A stretch of 63,586 nt of DNA, counting the filler, from Psammoneis japonica (lineage: Eukaryota), in the NCBI GenBank assembly GCA_008632985.1. It is 5 parts of 5 records of this genome, joined end to end, with 100 filler letters (N's around TTAATTAATTAA, not from the genome) between each part and the next. Parts side by side here need not be neighbours in the genome. Positions count along the whole stretch, not along the records: positions 41,008 to 54,367 come from QPGO01000210.1; positions 54,468 to 63,586 come from QPGO01000356.1; 3 more parts are not named here. One strand, given 5' to 3'. The notes under the pieces are model-generated. The model saw only the letters and a list, made by a program, of their open reading frames with translations. It did not search any database and was not told the origin of the DNA. The first letter of the stretch is position 1; every line of letters begins with the position of its first letter. This document shows positions 50,329-62,393 of the stretch, piece after piece. The translations under genes and the position numbers were made by a program.

Positions 50329-53300
50329 ATGACCATGTCCATGGATCCTGATGCTGTCAAGATGTTTGCTGAGGCCTTCGCCAAGATGCAAACCTCGACC
50401 AACCCTCCTACGATCCCCACGCCGCTTCGCGGCGGCATCCACCACTCTCATGGAGTGCATCTGGGTGGTTCGGCTCTGAACAACAAGTGCGAGCAGACCG
50501 ACACCCGCACCTGCCGTTTTGCCTCGCAACGTCGCCATCCGAAAGCTGTCGACTCTATCGAGCGATCTCTCAGAGATCAACTCGCTTCGGCAACCACATC
50601 CAAGTTCAACGGCCAGATTGAGTCATCCAACGGTTCCAGTGCTGAACTGGACAAAGACCACTTCGTCAAGACCATTCAGGACTTAATCGAGTCGCACGGA
50701 CAAGAAACTTTCTACCATCTCAAGAAAGTTGACGGCAAGGTCGTGTGCCTTTTTGATCATCTTCACGCCTTCACTGTCAAAGACCTTGAGAAGGAATGTG
50801 AGACCCGTGTGGCGGCCACAGGTGACGAAGGCTACGATCAGTGTGAAATCGATGACATCGGCTCATCACAACTCATCGTCAAGTCGCGTGTCGCCGAAAC
50901 CTTCCGTGAAAAGATTGAAACCAAGTTTGATCACTTGAAGAACTGCAAGGATCTTCCGGGGTCTGTCTCATTTATGATGGCTCTGGATGCCTGCAACGCC
51001 AGTGCTCTGGTTGACGTCAAGGCCGCCAAGGAAAAGTTGAACGACTTAACTCTGGATGCCTGCCCTGGCGAGGACTGCACCGAGCTTGCAACCGAAGCTC
51101 TGCGCCTGCTCAAGATCATGCAGACGGACCATGTGTCACCAGTTGAAACTGGGTCTGCTGTTTTATCTGAGGTGTCAAAGACATCCTCCGAGTTTTTCAA
51201 TTGTCAAGTTTTTGCCAAGCTCGACTCTGTCAAGCGCTTGGAGCGCAAATGTCGCTTGCGTGACCCGGCAGAAGTCCCCAAGGATGCCGACCATGCGGAT
51301 CTTGGACCTGTTGGCCTCATTGGCTGGATCACCAAGACCCACGGCGAACTCATCAGCGATGAAGATTGGCCTGCCTTAGCAGCCAAGCTCCCGGAATCCA
51401 ACCTCGCCAAGGACAACTCGGAAAAGCATTGCTGCGGCTGTGGCAAGGTTGGGTGCACCAAACGCACGTGTCCCACCTGCAAGGAGCAATGCAAGAAGGA
51501 CAAAAAGGGCATGGCGGACAAGTCCAAGGATGACCCTCCGGATGTCCGGAAGACCAACCCTTCCAAGAAACCACCCAAGCCGGCCTGGCGTTTCGTTCAC
51601 AAAGGTGCCACTGTCACCGACGAGAAAGGCACGACCTGGCACTGGTGCGACAAGTGTGTGAACAAGGAAACGGGCAAGAAGGGCATGTGTCAAGGCCACT
51701 CCTCCGCTCAACACACCGGGAAACCGTCTGTCAAAACCGAAACCACCGCTGCGGCAAATTTGTCTGCTGTGTCGGACCCCTCTTTGGGCATTCCTTTTGG
51801 TCCTCCCGAGCAGACGACGTCTCCGCCTACAGACGAACCCTCTGACCCTAACGAGCTGGTTTATTGCGGCATGTGGTGTGCACCTGTGGACGACTCTTTG
51901 AGTTCGACTCCAGTGACCACGACCGTCACGTTCACTCCTGCTCCATCGGCCGAGAGGGAGACTGCCGTGGCCAAACCCGCTCCCATCTTGGTTGAAACGG
52001 TTGACCCCGAAGACGCTGACGATTGCTCCAAGTGCTCTGACGCTCACTCCTCTTTTGACTCCCTGCCGTCAGCTGTCGAGCTATTTCCGGCCTGTGCCAT
52101 GCATGAGATTCAAAATCCGGACGTGTTTTATGACACGATTGCAACTCACGTGGAAGGTCTGTCCGACGACGTGTCAGACGATCTCGTTTCCGGGGCAAGC
52201 ATCCTGCCTTTCGAAGACAGCCACGCGCACTTACCTCCAAGCACCCAGTGTCGCGGTTTCGAATTTTACGATCCCGAACCCCAAGATGTTGATTGTGGCG
52301 TCAAGGAGGCAACGCCGAGCTCTCGTCTTGAGCTTTTCTGGAACTTCTTGAAGCTCCGAGTTTTCTGGCTGTTTGCCATGTTCTGGGAAACGGCACTGCA
52401 CATTTGCTGTGCGCCGATTCCTGTCTTACCTCGTCGTGTGCGCCGCAAGGCATTCATCCCAACCATTCACGGTTTCCCCTCTACCTGGATGGTGCTGACT
52501 GGAGCCATCATGGTCTGGGTGTCTGTTTTCAACAGTCAGCTTCCCACGCATCCATTCTCCAATGTCCCCTCTCGCTTCTCCAAAGCTGGCTCTCAGGTCC
52601 ACTCGATCATTGAAGAACTGGACGACAAGACAGTGTTGGATCCGGGCAGTTTGGTGGAATGCAACAAGATCAAGGCGCGACAAGTGCTCACCGAATTTGT
52701 GGAGCACGATCCGGACCATTGTCTGAGCAAGAAATTCACGCAGCTCTGGGAGAATGACGCATGCTCTTCCCCAGGCCGCTGCATCCCTCCAGCTCTAGAA
52801 GACCCCGAGTCCCACTTCGACACCTGTGATTCAGAGGAAGCCCTCGGCCCGCTCCCGACCGAGCCGAGCCACTGCTTTGATGCGGTTGAGGAGCTCTCTC
52901 CGGACTATTTTCGTTTCGACGAGCTGTCCACCAAGTTTGGTTTCGTGGACACCACTCCATGGCAAGACCCTGTGAAGCTTCTCCAGGCAGCTACTGACGG
53001 AACCGAAGCCCATCCTGCTCATACCTCTGTGCAGGTGTTGACAGGCCAACGTTCTTTAGCACAACTCGCCGCCGACCCGCAAGCTTTGCTGAGCCCAGCA
53101 CATGAGCGCCACACCATCACATGCGACACTGGCGCATCCTTGGCCATTGCTTACGATGAAAACGACTTTGTCGGACCTCTGACGATCCCTGATGGCCCAT
53201 TGAAGCTTGGGGGTCTAGCAAATGGCTTAACCATCGCCAGCATCGGACCCGTCTCCTGGGTTTTCCACAACGAGGACGGCTCTGAGCTCATCGTCAAGAC

Positions 53301-54367
53301 GATGGCGCACCATGTGCCTCAGGCCGGACAACGTCTTCTATCCCCACAACGCCTCTACAGTGAGGAACATGGCGTGACAGGAAAATGTGAGGGAGACGAG
53401 GACTCATTTCGAGTGCATGTTGATGGCGCCGGTTCGCTCAAGGTCGCGCACGCGTCAAATCACTTGCCGGTTGCGTCTGTGACCAACGGGGTGGCACCCG
53501 CTCCTCAAGTCAATCTGTCTGTGTTGCACGAGGACAACCAGAACCTCACCACCGGTCAGAAGCTCCTTCAAGAATGGCACTTCAGGTTTGGTCACCTGAA
53601 TGTGCCACGTGTCCAAGGCCTGCTTCGGGCCGAACCTTTTCTCCGACCCAAATTCAAGCATGCTTCGCGTTGCGACATTCCGCGGTGCGAGGCATGCGAA
53701 CATGCCAAAGGACATCGCCGAACCCTCAAGTCCGCCAAACATGCGGCTACTCCAGAGCGTGAGGGTGCTCTTCGAGCCGAGCATCTACGTCCAGGCCAAG
53801 CCGTCAGCGTGGATCACTTCGAATCCCGTCTCCTCGGCCGAACCTACGACTCCTGCGGGAAGGCCTCGTCCCAGCAATACAAAGGAGGCTGCATTTTTGT
53901 GGATCATGCCTCCGGTTACCCACATGTTGAACACCAACTTGGTTTCTCTGCTGTGGAAACGGTGCGAGCGAAGCAAGCGTTTGAAAAGCACGCGATGGAC
54001 CACGGCGTCATCATCCAAGAATTTCTTGCCGATTCTGGCGCTTTCAAGGCCAATGCTTTTGTGCAACACATGCGACAGCACGAACAACGTCTACGTTTTT
54101 GCGGAACCAACGCCCACCATCAGAACGGCGTCGCAGAACGCGGCATTCGCTCCGTCTCCAACATGGCGAGAGCGATGCTTCTCCACGCATCCATCCGTCG
54201 GAAGGGGGGCATGGACAGCTCTTTGTGGCCTGTGGCCGTGTCTCATGCCACGCACATTTACAACGTGACTCCCAACGCTCAAGGCCACTGCCCCGCGGAC
54301 ATTTTTACCGGCACTGCTGCACCCCGACATCGTCTTCGCGATGTCCACGTCTGGGGCTGTCCGGTTT
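50329..54367 (+). mobile_element. Ty1/Copia (CoDi-like) gag-pol polyprotein: Gag, Zn knuckles, protease, GAG-pre-integrase, integrase; truncated by contig end
   Basis: CCGCGKVGCTKRTC, WHWCDKC, protease DTGAS, LLSPQ, WHFRFGH..CEAC, integrase VSVDH / LADSG / HHQNGVAERGIR, VWGCPV; protease-integrase order indicates Copia. Confidence 0.95.
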
Positions 54368-54467
54368 NNNNNNNNNNNNNNNNNNNNNNNNNNNNNNNNN
54401 NNNNNNNNNNNTTAATTAATTAANNNNNNNNNNNNNNNNNNNNNNNNNNNNNNNNNNNNNNNNNNNN
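54368..54467. other. Artificial contig linker
   Basis: N44-TTAATTAATTAA-N44. Confidence 0.97.
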
Positions 54468-54569
54468 CTACAAGGCCAATGTGGCCAATATCCCGGCAAT
54501 TCGAATCATCCTTTGCTTCCTTCTTGATGTCAACCTTGTTGACATTGCCCACCATGTTGATATTCTCAG

Positions 54570-55348
54570 GTGACTTGGGTGTGGAGATTCCCCTGGAACG
54601 CGTCTGTTCAGTGCAAAAACGTCTCGTGGCATCCTGTAATGCCGCGGGCAAACCTGTCATTGTAGCAACAGAACTACTGGATTCCATGATTAATCACCCA
54701 CGGCCAACGCGTGCCGAAGCGTCCGATGTTGCCAATGCCGTGTTTGATGGGGCGGATTGCTGCATGCTTTCCGGAGAAACCGCTGTTGGAAAGTATCCAA
54801 TCGAAGCCATCCAAGTCATGACGCGGATTTGTAAAGAGGCGGAACTGGACGTGGCGAGTTCGCTTCGTGCCAGGGGGGCATCGAATAATGGAGCATCTAC
54901 CAAGAGCAACGAGGGAGTCTCGTCAGAACGTGGAATGCTTCGCGATGCATTTGCAAAGAGCACCATTATGGCTGCGAGGGAGACTGGAGCCGAGCTCATT
55001 ATTGCAATAACTCGAAGTGGTTTGACCGTACATGCGCTTGCCAAATACTTCTCGCCTGTCCCCATCATGGTGCTATCCGCGTCTAGCAAAGTGTGCTCGC
55101 AAGTCTTGTTGCACCGCGGCGTTACCCCCTACTTGGTGGGTTCACTTTTGCGAGAAAGCTGTGTGCCCAGGGCCATTGCCAAGGCGACCGAGTTGAGATT
55201 GGTTGGGCCGGGAAGCCGAGTGCTGCTACTGACGGGCGATGATGGATTGGCGGCAAACAAGCTAGAAACCTTTGTCGTTGGCGAAGGAATGAGCACAGAG
55301 TCGCGACACAATTTCACTGCGGGTTTTGTGCTGGACGATCAATTGTGA
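54570..55348 (+). CDS. PK: Pyruvate kinase, terminal exon (5' exons not in this contig)
   Basis: Acceptor TTCTCAG then [51 protein letters not shown]-domain TRSGLT and LHRGV. Confidence 0.93.
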
Positions 55349-55609
55349 CCAGAGTATTGCGGTGCCAGGAGAAGTATCCTATAGAAATTCTAGAGAATGA
55401 AATGCAAGCATGAGTTGTCTCCTCTTTCTCATCGCCCAGAACCTGACCAACACCACTTTTTTCTCAACACATACGGATATACAATGCGTCTTACGGTTTC
55501 ACTGTAAATTCTTCATCTCTTGGTTACTTGTCGGCGCACGGGTGCACCAAAAATTGTTACCGTCATTGCTGCTGCTTCGTACATACTTGTACGACGATGG
55601 TTTGATGCT

Positions 55610-58150
55610 TGATGGTCATGCACCACTGCACAGCTTGCATGAGGAAGGCATCAAGAACACACCAACATTGGTAAATTCAACAAAGCTGTGTTGCTGGACC
55701 TGGCGGTTTGTGCAGGTGCCGCTCCCTCTTGCCTGGCAGTGCACATGGCCTCTGTGCTTGAGTCCATGCTTGGTTGAGAAAACCAAAGACTGGGGTTTCT
55801 GGACAGAAGCTGAGAAAAGAAAGACAGCAATCTAAGGAAAGAAAGAAAAAGGCTTCCAAGGACACCAAGAAGTTGGAGGCAGCAAAGGCTCCTGCAGCCA
55901 ATTGAATGGAAGTGACCAAGGTTGCAACAGATGAACCGACCAACAAAGAACAAAAAGAAAAGTTCTGGCAGAAGCCACAAGTTGGCAACAACAACTGCAG
56001 CCAAGAGGCACTGCCCTTGGCCAAGGGTCTTGCCATTGAATGCTGTCACACCAAAATTGGCACCATTGTTGAAGTGAAATCTGGTGGTTGTGGTGTCCTT
56101 GCCTTGACAATGTGAGAAGTTGCCAAATGCCACCTGTGGAGCAAGCTTGCGCTGCCAACATTTGAAGCAAAAAATGACTGCACAGCTGCCAAAACATTTG
56201 TTGTGCTGGGTGGCTGTGCTGCAAAAGCGTTGCCCAAAGCCACACTTGACATCAGTTCTTGTTTTGTTTCACACCTCTTCCAGGGAGTGCTCACAATGGG
56301 CAGATGGAAATGCACTGAAAAGAGCAGATTGGATTTTCAATGCACTTGAGCAAGCTTGGAACGCTGCTGTGGTTCAACAAATTTTAAAATTTGTGAGTTC
56401 TGAATGGCTGATGGTGGGTGCAAGGACAGGCAGTGACCAACCTTGTCTTGTTTGGTGATTCTAGATGAGAGCAAGAGGACCATGGCTTGCTGCTCCCCAA
56501 TCTGCTGGCAGCACTGTGGGACAGAGTTGCAGTGGCACCTGGCCAAACCAAGAACAGCAAACTCATTTTTCTCATTTGACAGCGCTGCATCAGAAGCTTG
56601 GTCAGAAGTTGCTGCCAGCAGCTTGTGTGTTCTGACTGCTCCTGGCTTGCTGGGCATGCTCCAGCAGAGCCAGGTGCAAACCCTGCAGACACTTCTCCTG
56701 GATTTGAGAAATGCACATGCACAGCTCATCATTTGTGCTTTGGGTGCAGCATTTTCTGTTGCAAAGAAGCAGCAGCATGTTGTCCAATTGTTTTTTTAAC
56801 AAAGACACAGGGCAGGCACAACACTCATTCTTGGTGCAGCTTTTTCTGCATGGCAATGGTGTGTTTTATTGTTCTGAAGTGACTTCAACAACAGCAGCAG
56901 CAGAGGTGCAATTTTTGACATTCTTTTTCAACTCTGTCATGATGCCAAGAGAGTGACATGCACAGATGCCAATCCAAGAAGTGCAGCAAATCCAGTTGTG
57001 CCACAATCTCAACCACTTTGTGTCAGCAATGTGATGTGAAGAAATCAATTGTCAACATTTCAAAACAGATTTTTCTGTCACAACCCCTTGTCCTGGCATG
57101 AATGACAAAGTTGTTTCCAGGGGCCCCGGAGTTTCTTCAGTGTGCAACCTTGCAGAATCAACAAGCTGCCATTGTTGTCATGGCATTTTCTTCATTCTCA
57201 CAGAGCATGCAACAATTGACATTCAAACTTCAAACTCATTGCTCTGAATCATCATTGGTTGAAAAACAACCCTTCTCCTCATCACTCCTTGCTGCAGTTT
57301 TGCATGTTGTGTGCTGTGCACTCATGTCAAAGAACACATCAAATCAAACACATCATTTTTTCATTGCAGCAGCAACCAGCTGTTTGCAGTGCACTTTCAC
57401 AAACATCCAAATTTTGAAGATGGCAGCAACAATGCAGTGCCTCGATGCACACATGTGGGGGTCTTCTTTGTGCATCAGAGGGTGCTCACATTTGGGCAAC
57501 AATGTTGCGTTTTTGCACTTGTGAGCATGCTGTGAGTTGGGGGCTGTGAAAAATGCACGCATGTTTGTCCACTGTGTGCGTGTGCTTTGACGTGCTGTGC
57601 TGCTGCTGGAGTGCCTTTCTGTGCCCACTGTGGCTCACAAGAAAAGACAGAACATGTGCCAGTTCTCTGTTGGAGGGAGTTTTTGCTTCATTTGGGACAA
57701 GAACACAAGAAACTCTGAGAAGAGAGATTGGGATGGTCGTCTGCTGCATGACCTGGTTGCATGGCATGTGCTGATCTGGCCAAATGCAGAGCAGCAGCCA
57801 CACAAGGGATGACAAATGATGACAAGAAAGCTTGTTCTGCATCACCGAGAGAGAGAGAGCTGTCATTTGTGCAACAATGTGGTGTGCTGGTTGAAAAGTG
57901 CACCACATGACAGAGCTGGGGCTTCCCATTGACACACATGCACTGGTGCCAAAAAGTGGAGTTGTTCATGTGCCCTTGAATGGCTTCAAGGTTGATCCAG
58001 AAGTGCACATTTTGTCAGATGATTTGTGATTCTTTGGAGTGGAGATCAAGATGTCCAGAGCCACACGGAGAATGTTGCTCGAGAACACTTGTTGACTGCA
58101 AGATGCTCTCCCAGAACTTTACTTCTGCCACCTGTTTGAACTCCAGAGAA
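55610..58150. mobile_element. Highly degenerate TpA/CpG-depleted repeat relic between pyruvate kinase and the sulfatase
   Basis: Sharp compositional island; GC-rich CCGCC repeats at the right edge (58160-58235). Confidence 0.6.
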
Positions 58151-58562
58151 GAAGCACGGCTGCGCGGCGGAAATCTCCCGCTTCCGCGCACGCGCGCATA
58201 AGCCGCCCGCCCACCCGCCGCCCGCCAGCCGCCCTCACTTTTTCAGATTTTCCGTCTGTCATCTTCCGTGCATCCTGCCAACTTTCAACTTTCACGCAAA
58301 GAACAGAACATCCAACGAAGAACAACAGCGGAGAGACAGCGACAGAGATAATAAATACCTTCTGAGCATGATGGATGCCACCATGGCGAGGACAAAGCCG
58401 TCTTCCTCTGACCTGAAACCTTACCAGGACGGTGGTGTCATCCCGAGTGAAACGCTGAAGGCAGATTCTTGTTCGCAGAAAAAACAATCGACGTTCGTAA
58501 TTGGCACGACTCCTGGTGCGATAGGGTTCTCAATTGTTGGCTCGTTGTTGCCCTACAAAGTC

Positions 58563-61500
58563 ATGAGTCTTTTCCTTTTCTTCAATTTCTGTCTCTTTCC
58601 GATTCATGCTCAGAATGTTGCGAGCCCCCCAAACTTTATTTTCATGTTTGCGGATGACTTGGGTTTCGGAGACCTAAAGTCTTATGGTCACCCTTACGCA
58701 ATTACCGACAACCTGGACCGTCTCGCTCGTGAAGGCACAGCATTCAAATTCTTTCATAACACGGGGAACATCTGCCCGACCAGCAGAGCAGGATTCATGA
58801 CGAGTCGCAATCCTTCGTGGTTTCCAAATTATACCCCCGATTTTGGTTTCAGGGGTGCAAAGACAGTCACTCAGTATCTTCAGGAAGCTGGATATGTGAC
58901 GGGTCATATCGGAAAGTGGAACATCGGAGACCCAACCCCAGCGAAAAACAATACCGGCTTTCCCTTTCCAGAGTATGGAATGACTGACGTCAGGATTACC
59001 GAAGATGGGACTCTTGATCCCCGAGGCAAGGAGGCACACCGGTACGATTTAGCAATGGACTTTGTCGAGAAGAATCGAGATAAGCCATTTTATCTCAATA
59101 TCTGGCAATACGTAACACATGATCCAATTATTGCGCCAGGAAACCTGAGTATGTATAACTTGCCAGTGAAATACTCGTGTTTTGTAACGCATCGATCTTA
59201 CAACCGTTTATTGTTGTCTCACAGCTGCACCATTTGACGGCCTAGTTGTCAATCGAAGCTTGTTTGGTCCTTATATGCAAGAAAATTTCGACAAAATCGA
59301 AAGCTTGGGGGGCGACATTAACGTTGCTATGCAGAAATATCTCGGTGAAGTCTACGGGATGGATCTTGCAATTGGAAAGCTGTTGAACAAGCTAGATGAA
59401 CTTAACCTGACAAATAATACCGTGGTTGTCTTTTCCAGTGACAACGGTCCTGCTGTGAATAGAGTGGTGGATGAATACCTTGCAGGATGGGCGGGAGGTC
59501 TTCGTGGAGGCAAACACAGATGGTGGGAGGGTGGGCCTTCGGTGCCATTTCTGGTGAGGTGGCCTGCTGGGAACGTACCAGCTGGAAAGATCAACAACGA
59601 GTCTTTCTTTTCTTCACTCGACTGGCTTCCCACGATATGCTCGCTTGCAGGAGTACAAGTACCAGAGAATCTGGTGGAGGGCGAAGATGTGAGTGATATC
59701 TGGAAGGGATCTGACCGGTCAAGAAAGAACCCTACCTTCTACCAAGACCCTTTTGGTTCCTTCGTTGCTGCCGTATATGGACGATGGAAGATTCTTCCTT
59801 GGGTGAATCAGCTCTATGATATCAGAGCAGACCGCGAGGAGACTTCGAACCAATACCGCAATTCTCCCGAAGTCGTGGCAGCCATGATGGATCTCATCAA
59901 TCAGTACAAAATGACGATACCACCTAATCATGCTTTCAAAGGCGATGCTCCCCTTCCGTTCAACCCCGCAGAACCAGTAAAGGTGTACGAAATCCCAGCT
60001 GTTCTCCGAGATTCAACGCTTTCTCCCACGCCAACCACAGCGCCACCAAGTCTGGCTCCTTTTTCGGCACCGCCATCAAAACCAATTAGCACCGAAAGAC
60101 GCCCAAACTTCATTTTCATGTTTGCGGATGACTTGGGATTTGGAGACTTGAGGTCTTATGGTCACCCTTACGCAATAACCGACAACCTGGACCGTCTCGC
60201 TCGTGAAGGCACGGCTTTCAGGTTCTTCCACAACACAGGCAATATCTGCCCGACCAGCAGAGCAGGATTTATGACAAGTCGCAATCCTTCGTGGTTTCCA
60301 AATTATACCCCAGATTTTGGTTTCGGCGGTGCAAAGACCGTGACTCAGTATCTGCAGGAAGCTGGATATGTGACGGGTCATATCGGAAAGTGGAACATCG
60401 GAGACCCAACCCCAGCAATGAGCAATGCCGGCTTTCCCTTTCCCGAATATGGAATATCAGACGTGAGAATAACGGGAGATGGGACTCTTGATCCGCGAGG
60501 CAAGGAGGCACACCGTTACGATTTAGCAATGGACTTTGTCGAGAAGAATCGAGATGTACCGTTTTATCTCAATATCTGGCAATACGTGACACATGCTCCA
60601 ATTATCGCGCCAGGAAACTTGAGTATGTATTAATTGCCATTGACATACTCGTGTTTATAACGCGTCGACCTTACAATCGTTAATTGTCGTCTCGCAGCTG
60701 CACCATTTGATGGCCTTGTTGTCAATCGAAGCTTGTTTGGTCCTTATATGCAGGAAATTTTCGACAAAATCGAAAGCTTGGGTGGCGACATTAACGTTGC
60801 AATGCAGAAATATCTCGGTGAAGTCTACGGAATGGATCTTGCAATTGGAAAGCTGTTGAATAAGCTGGATGAACTTAACCTGACAGATAATACCGTGGTT
60901 GTCTTTTCCAGTGACAATGGCCCTGCTGTGAATGAAGTGGTAAATGAATACCTTGCAGGATGGGCGGGAGGCCTTCGTGGAGGCAAACACAGATGGTGGG
61001 AGGGTGGGCCTTCCGTGCCATTTCTGGTGAGGTGGCCTGCTGGGAACGTACCAACCGGAAAAGTGAATACTGAGTCCTTCTTTTCTTCACTCGACTGGCT
61101 TCCCACGATATGCTCGCTTGCGGGAATACAAGTACCAGAGAATCTGGTGGAGGGCGAAGATGTTAGTGACATCTGGAAAGGATCTGACCGTTCAAGAAAG
61201 AACCCTACCTTCTACCAAGATCCTTTTGGTACCAACGTTGCTGCCGTATACGGAAGATGGAAGATACTTCCTTGGGTAAACCAGCTCTATGATATAAGAG
61301 CAGACCGCGAGGAGACTTTGAACCGATATCGCAGTTCTCCTGAGGTCGTGGCTGGGATGATGGATCTCATCAATCAGTACAAAATGACTATACCACCTAA
61401 TCATGCTTTCAAAGGCGATGCTCCCCTTCCGTTCAACCCCACGGAACCAGTAAAGGTGTACGAAATCCCAGCTGTTCTCCGAGAGTCAACGCTTTCTCCA

Positions 61501-61866
61501 ACGCTGACCACAGCACCACCGAGTCCGGCCCCTTCCACGGCACCGCCATCTCAATCCCCTCTCACGGCACAGCCATCTCCTTCAAGTCTTACCTCTCCAC
61601 CAACCCCTACACCAAGTGCAACTCCTTCTCTGTACGTATTTCCAAGCGGCGCTCCTTCAGCAAGCGTTGTTCTTTCTCCTTCGCCGACAATCTCACAGAG
61701 TGTTGCTCCTTCCCCTCATCTTTCTTCGCTGATACCTTCAAACGCACCAAGCAGTGATATTCAACCAACGGAGTCACCATCAGGTGGTGGGAGCTTTGCT
61801 CCCGTTGTCAAAGCGTGTTGGCTAAATGTGCTGCTGTGGGGACTCTATGCTTTGGCACACTTTTGA
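58563..61866 (+). CDS. Secreted/GPI-anchored S1 sulfatase with two tandem catalytic domains; exons 58563(or 58368)-59148, 59225-60622, 60698-61866
   Basis: PNFIFMFADDLGFGD, CPTSRAGFMTSR, GYVTGHIGKW, FSSDNGP and LRGGKHRWWEGG each present twice; GTATGT..CAG introns 59149-59224 and 60623-60697 keep the frame; signal peptide MSLFLFFNFCLFPIHA; P/S/T stalk and hydrophobic tail. Confidence 0.93.
58628..61545 (+). repeat. Intragenic tandem duplication, period ~1473 bp, including the intron
   Basis: Two highly similar units starting ~58629 and ~60102. Confidence 0.95.
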
Positions 61867-62393
61867 TTGCGATGCTGACGCGTTAGCGAGGAACATGGCT
61901 TCCTCTGTTGACCGACTAGCGATTCGCTCTACTATCAACTCGAGACACGACTGTAGTAAGGAACTTGATCGTTTTGTTCGCCTCTCTGCAAACTATCTCT
62001 TTTGTTGGATCTTTCCAAGAGAAGAGTTTAGTTGAAAATCTATACCCCAGACCTGTTGCTGTCTCTGGGTGCTCCTCTGTGGCTCGCTCGCTCGTTCAAG
62101 GAATCGATCAATGCTGAGGTCAATAGGCGGCGCTGGTACGCATCAATCGAGTCGGAAGGAAAAACAAAACGTTCCAATTCGACGCTCCTTTGCCTTGATC
62201 TTGCCAGAACAACTGCCGTTCCAGCTGGATTTAGTCTTTTTCAAATTCTTATTACTCTTAGAGGGATTGAACTGATCTTAGTTAGGTCAAGGCTGGGGAA
62301 AGCTTTCTTTCAGGGGAGACGTCACCGATAGAAACCAGCAACTTGTCGATTTATCGTCTTTCCTTGTTACTGGTGAAACCATTCATTGATAAA

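Noticed and set aside
470..58150. Explaining the TG/CA excess purely by CpG methylation decay or classical RIP
   Set aside because: CpG decay cannot remove TA or turn Tyr into Cys/His, and CpG is intact in the Copia; RIP would increase TA.
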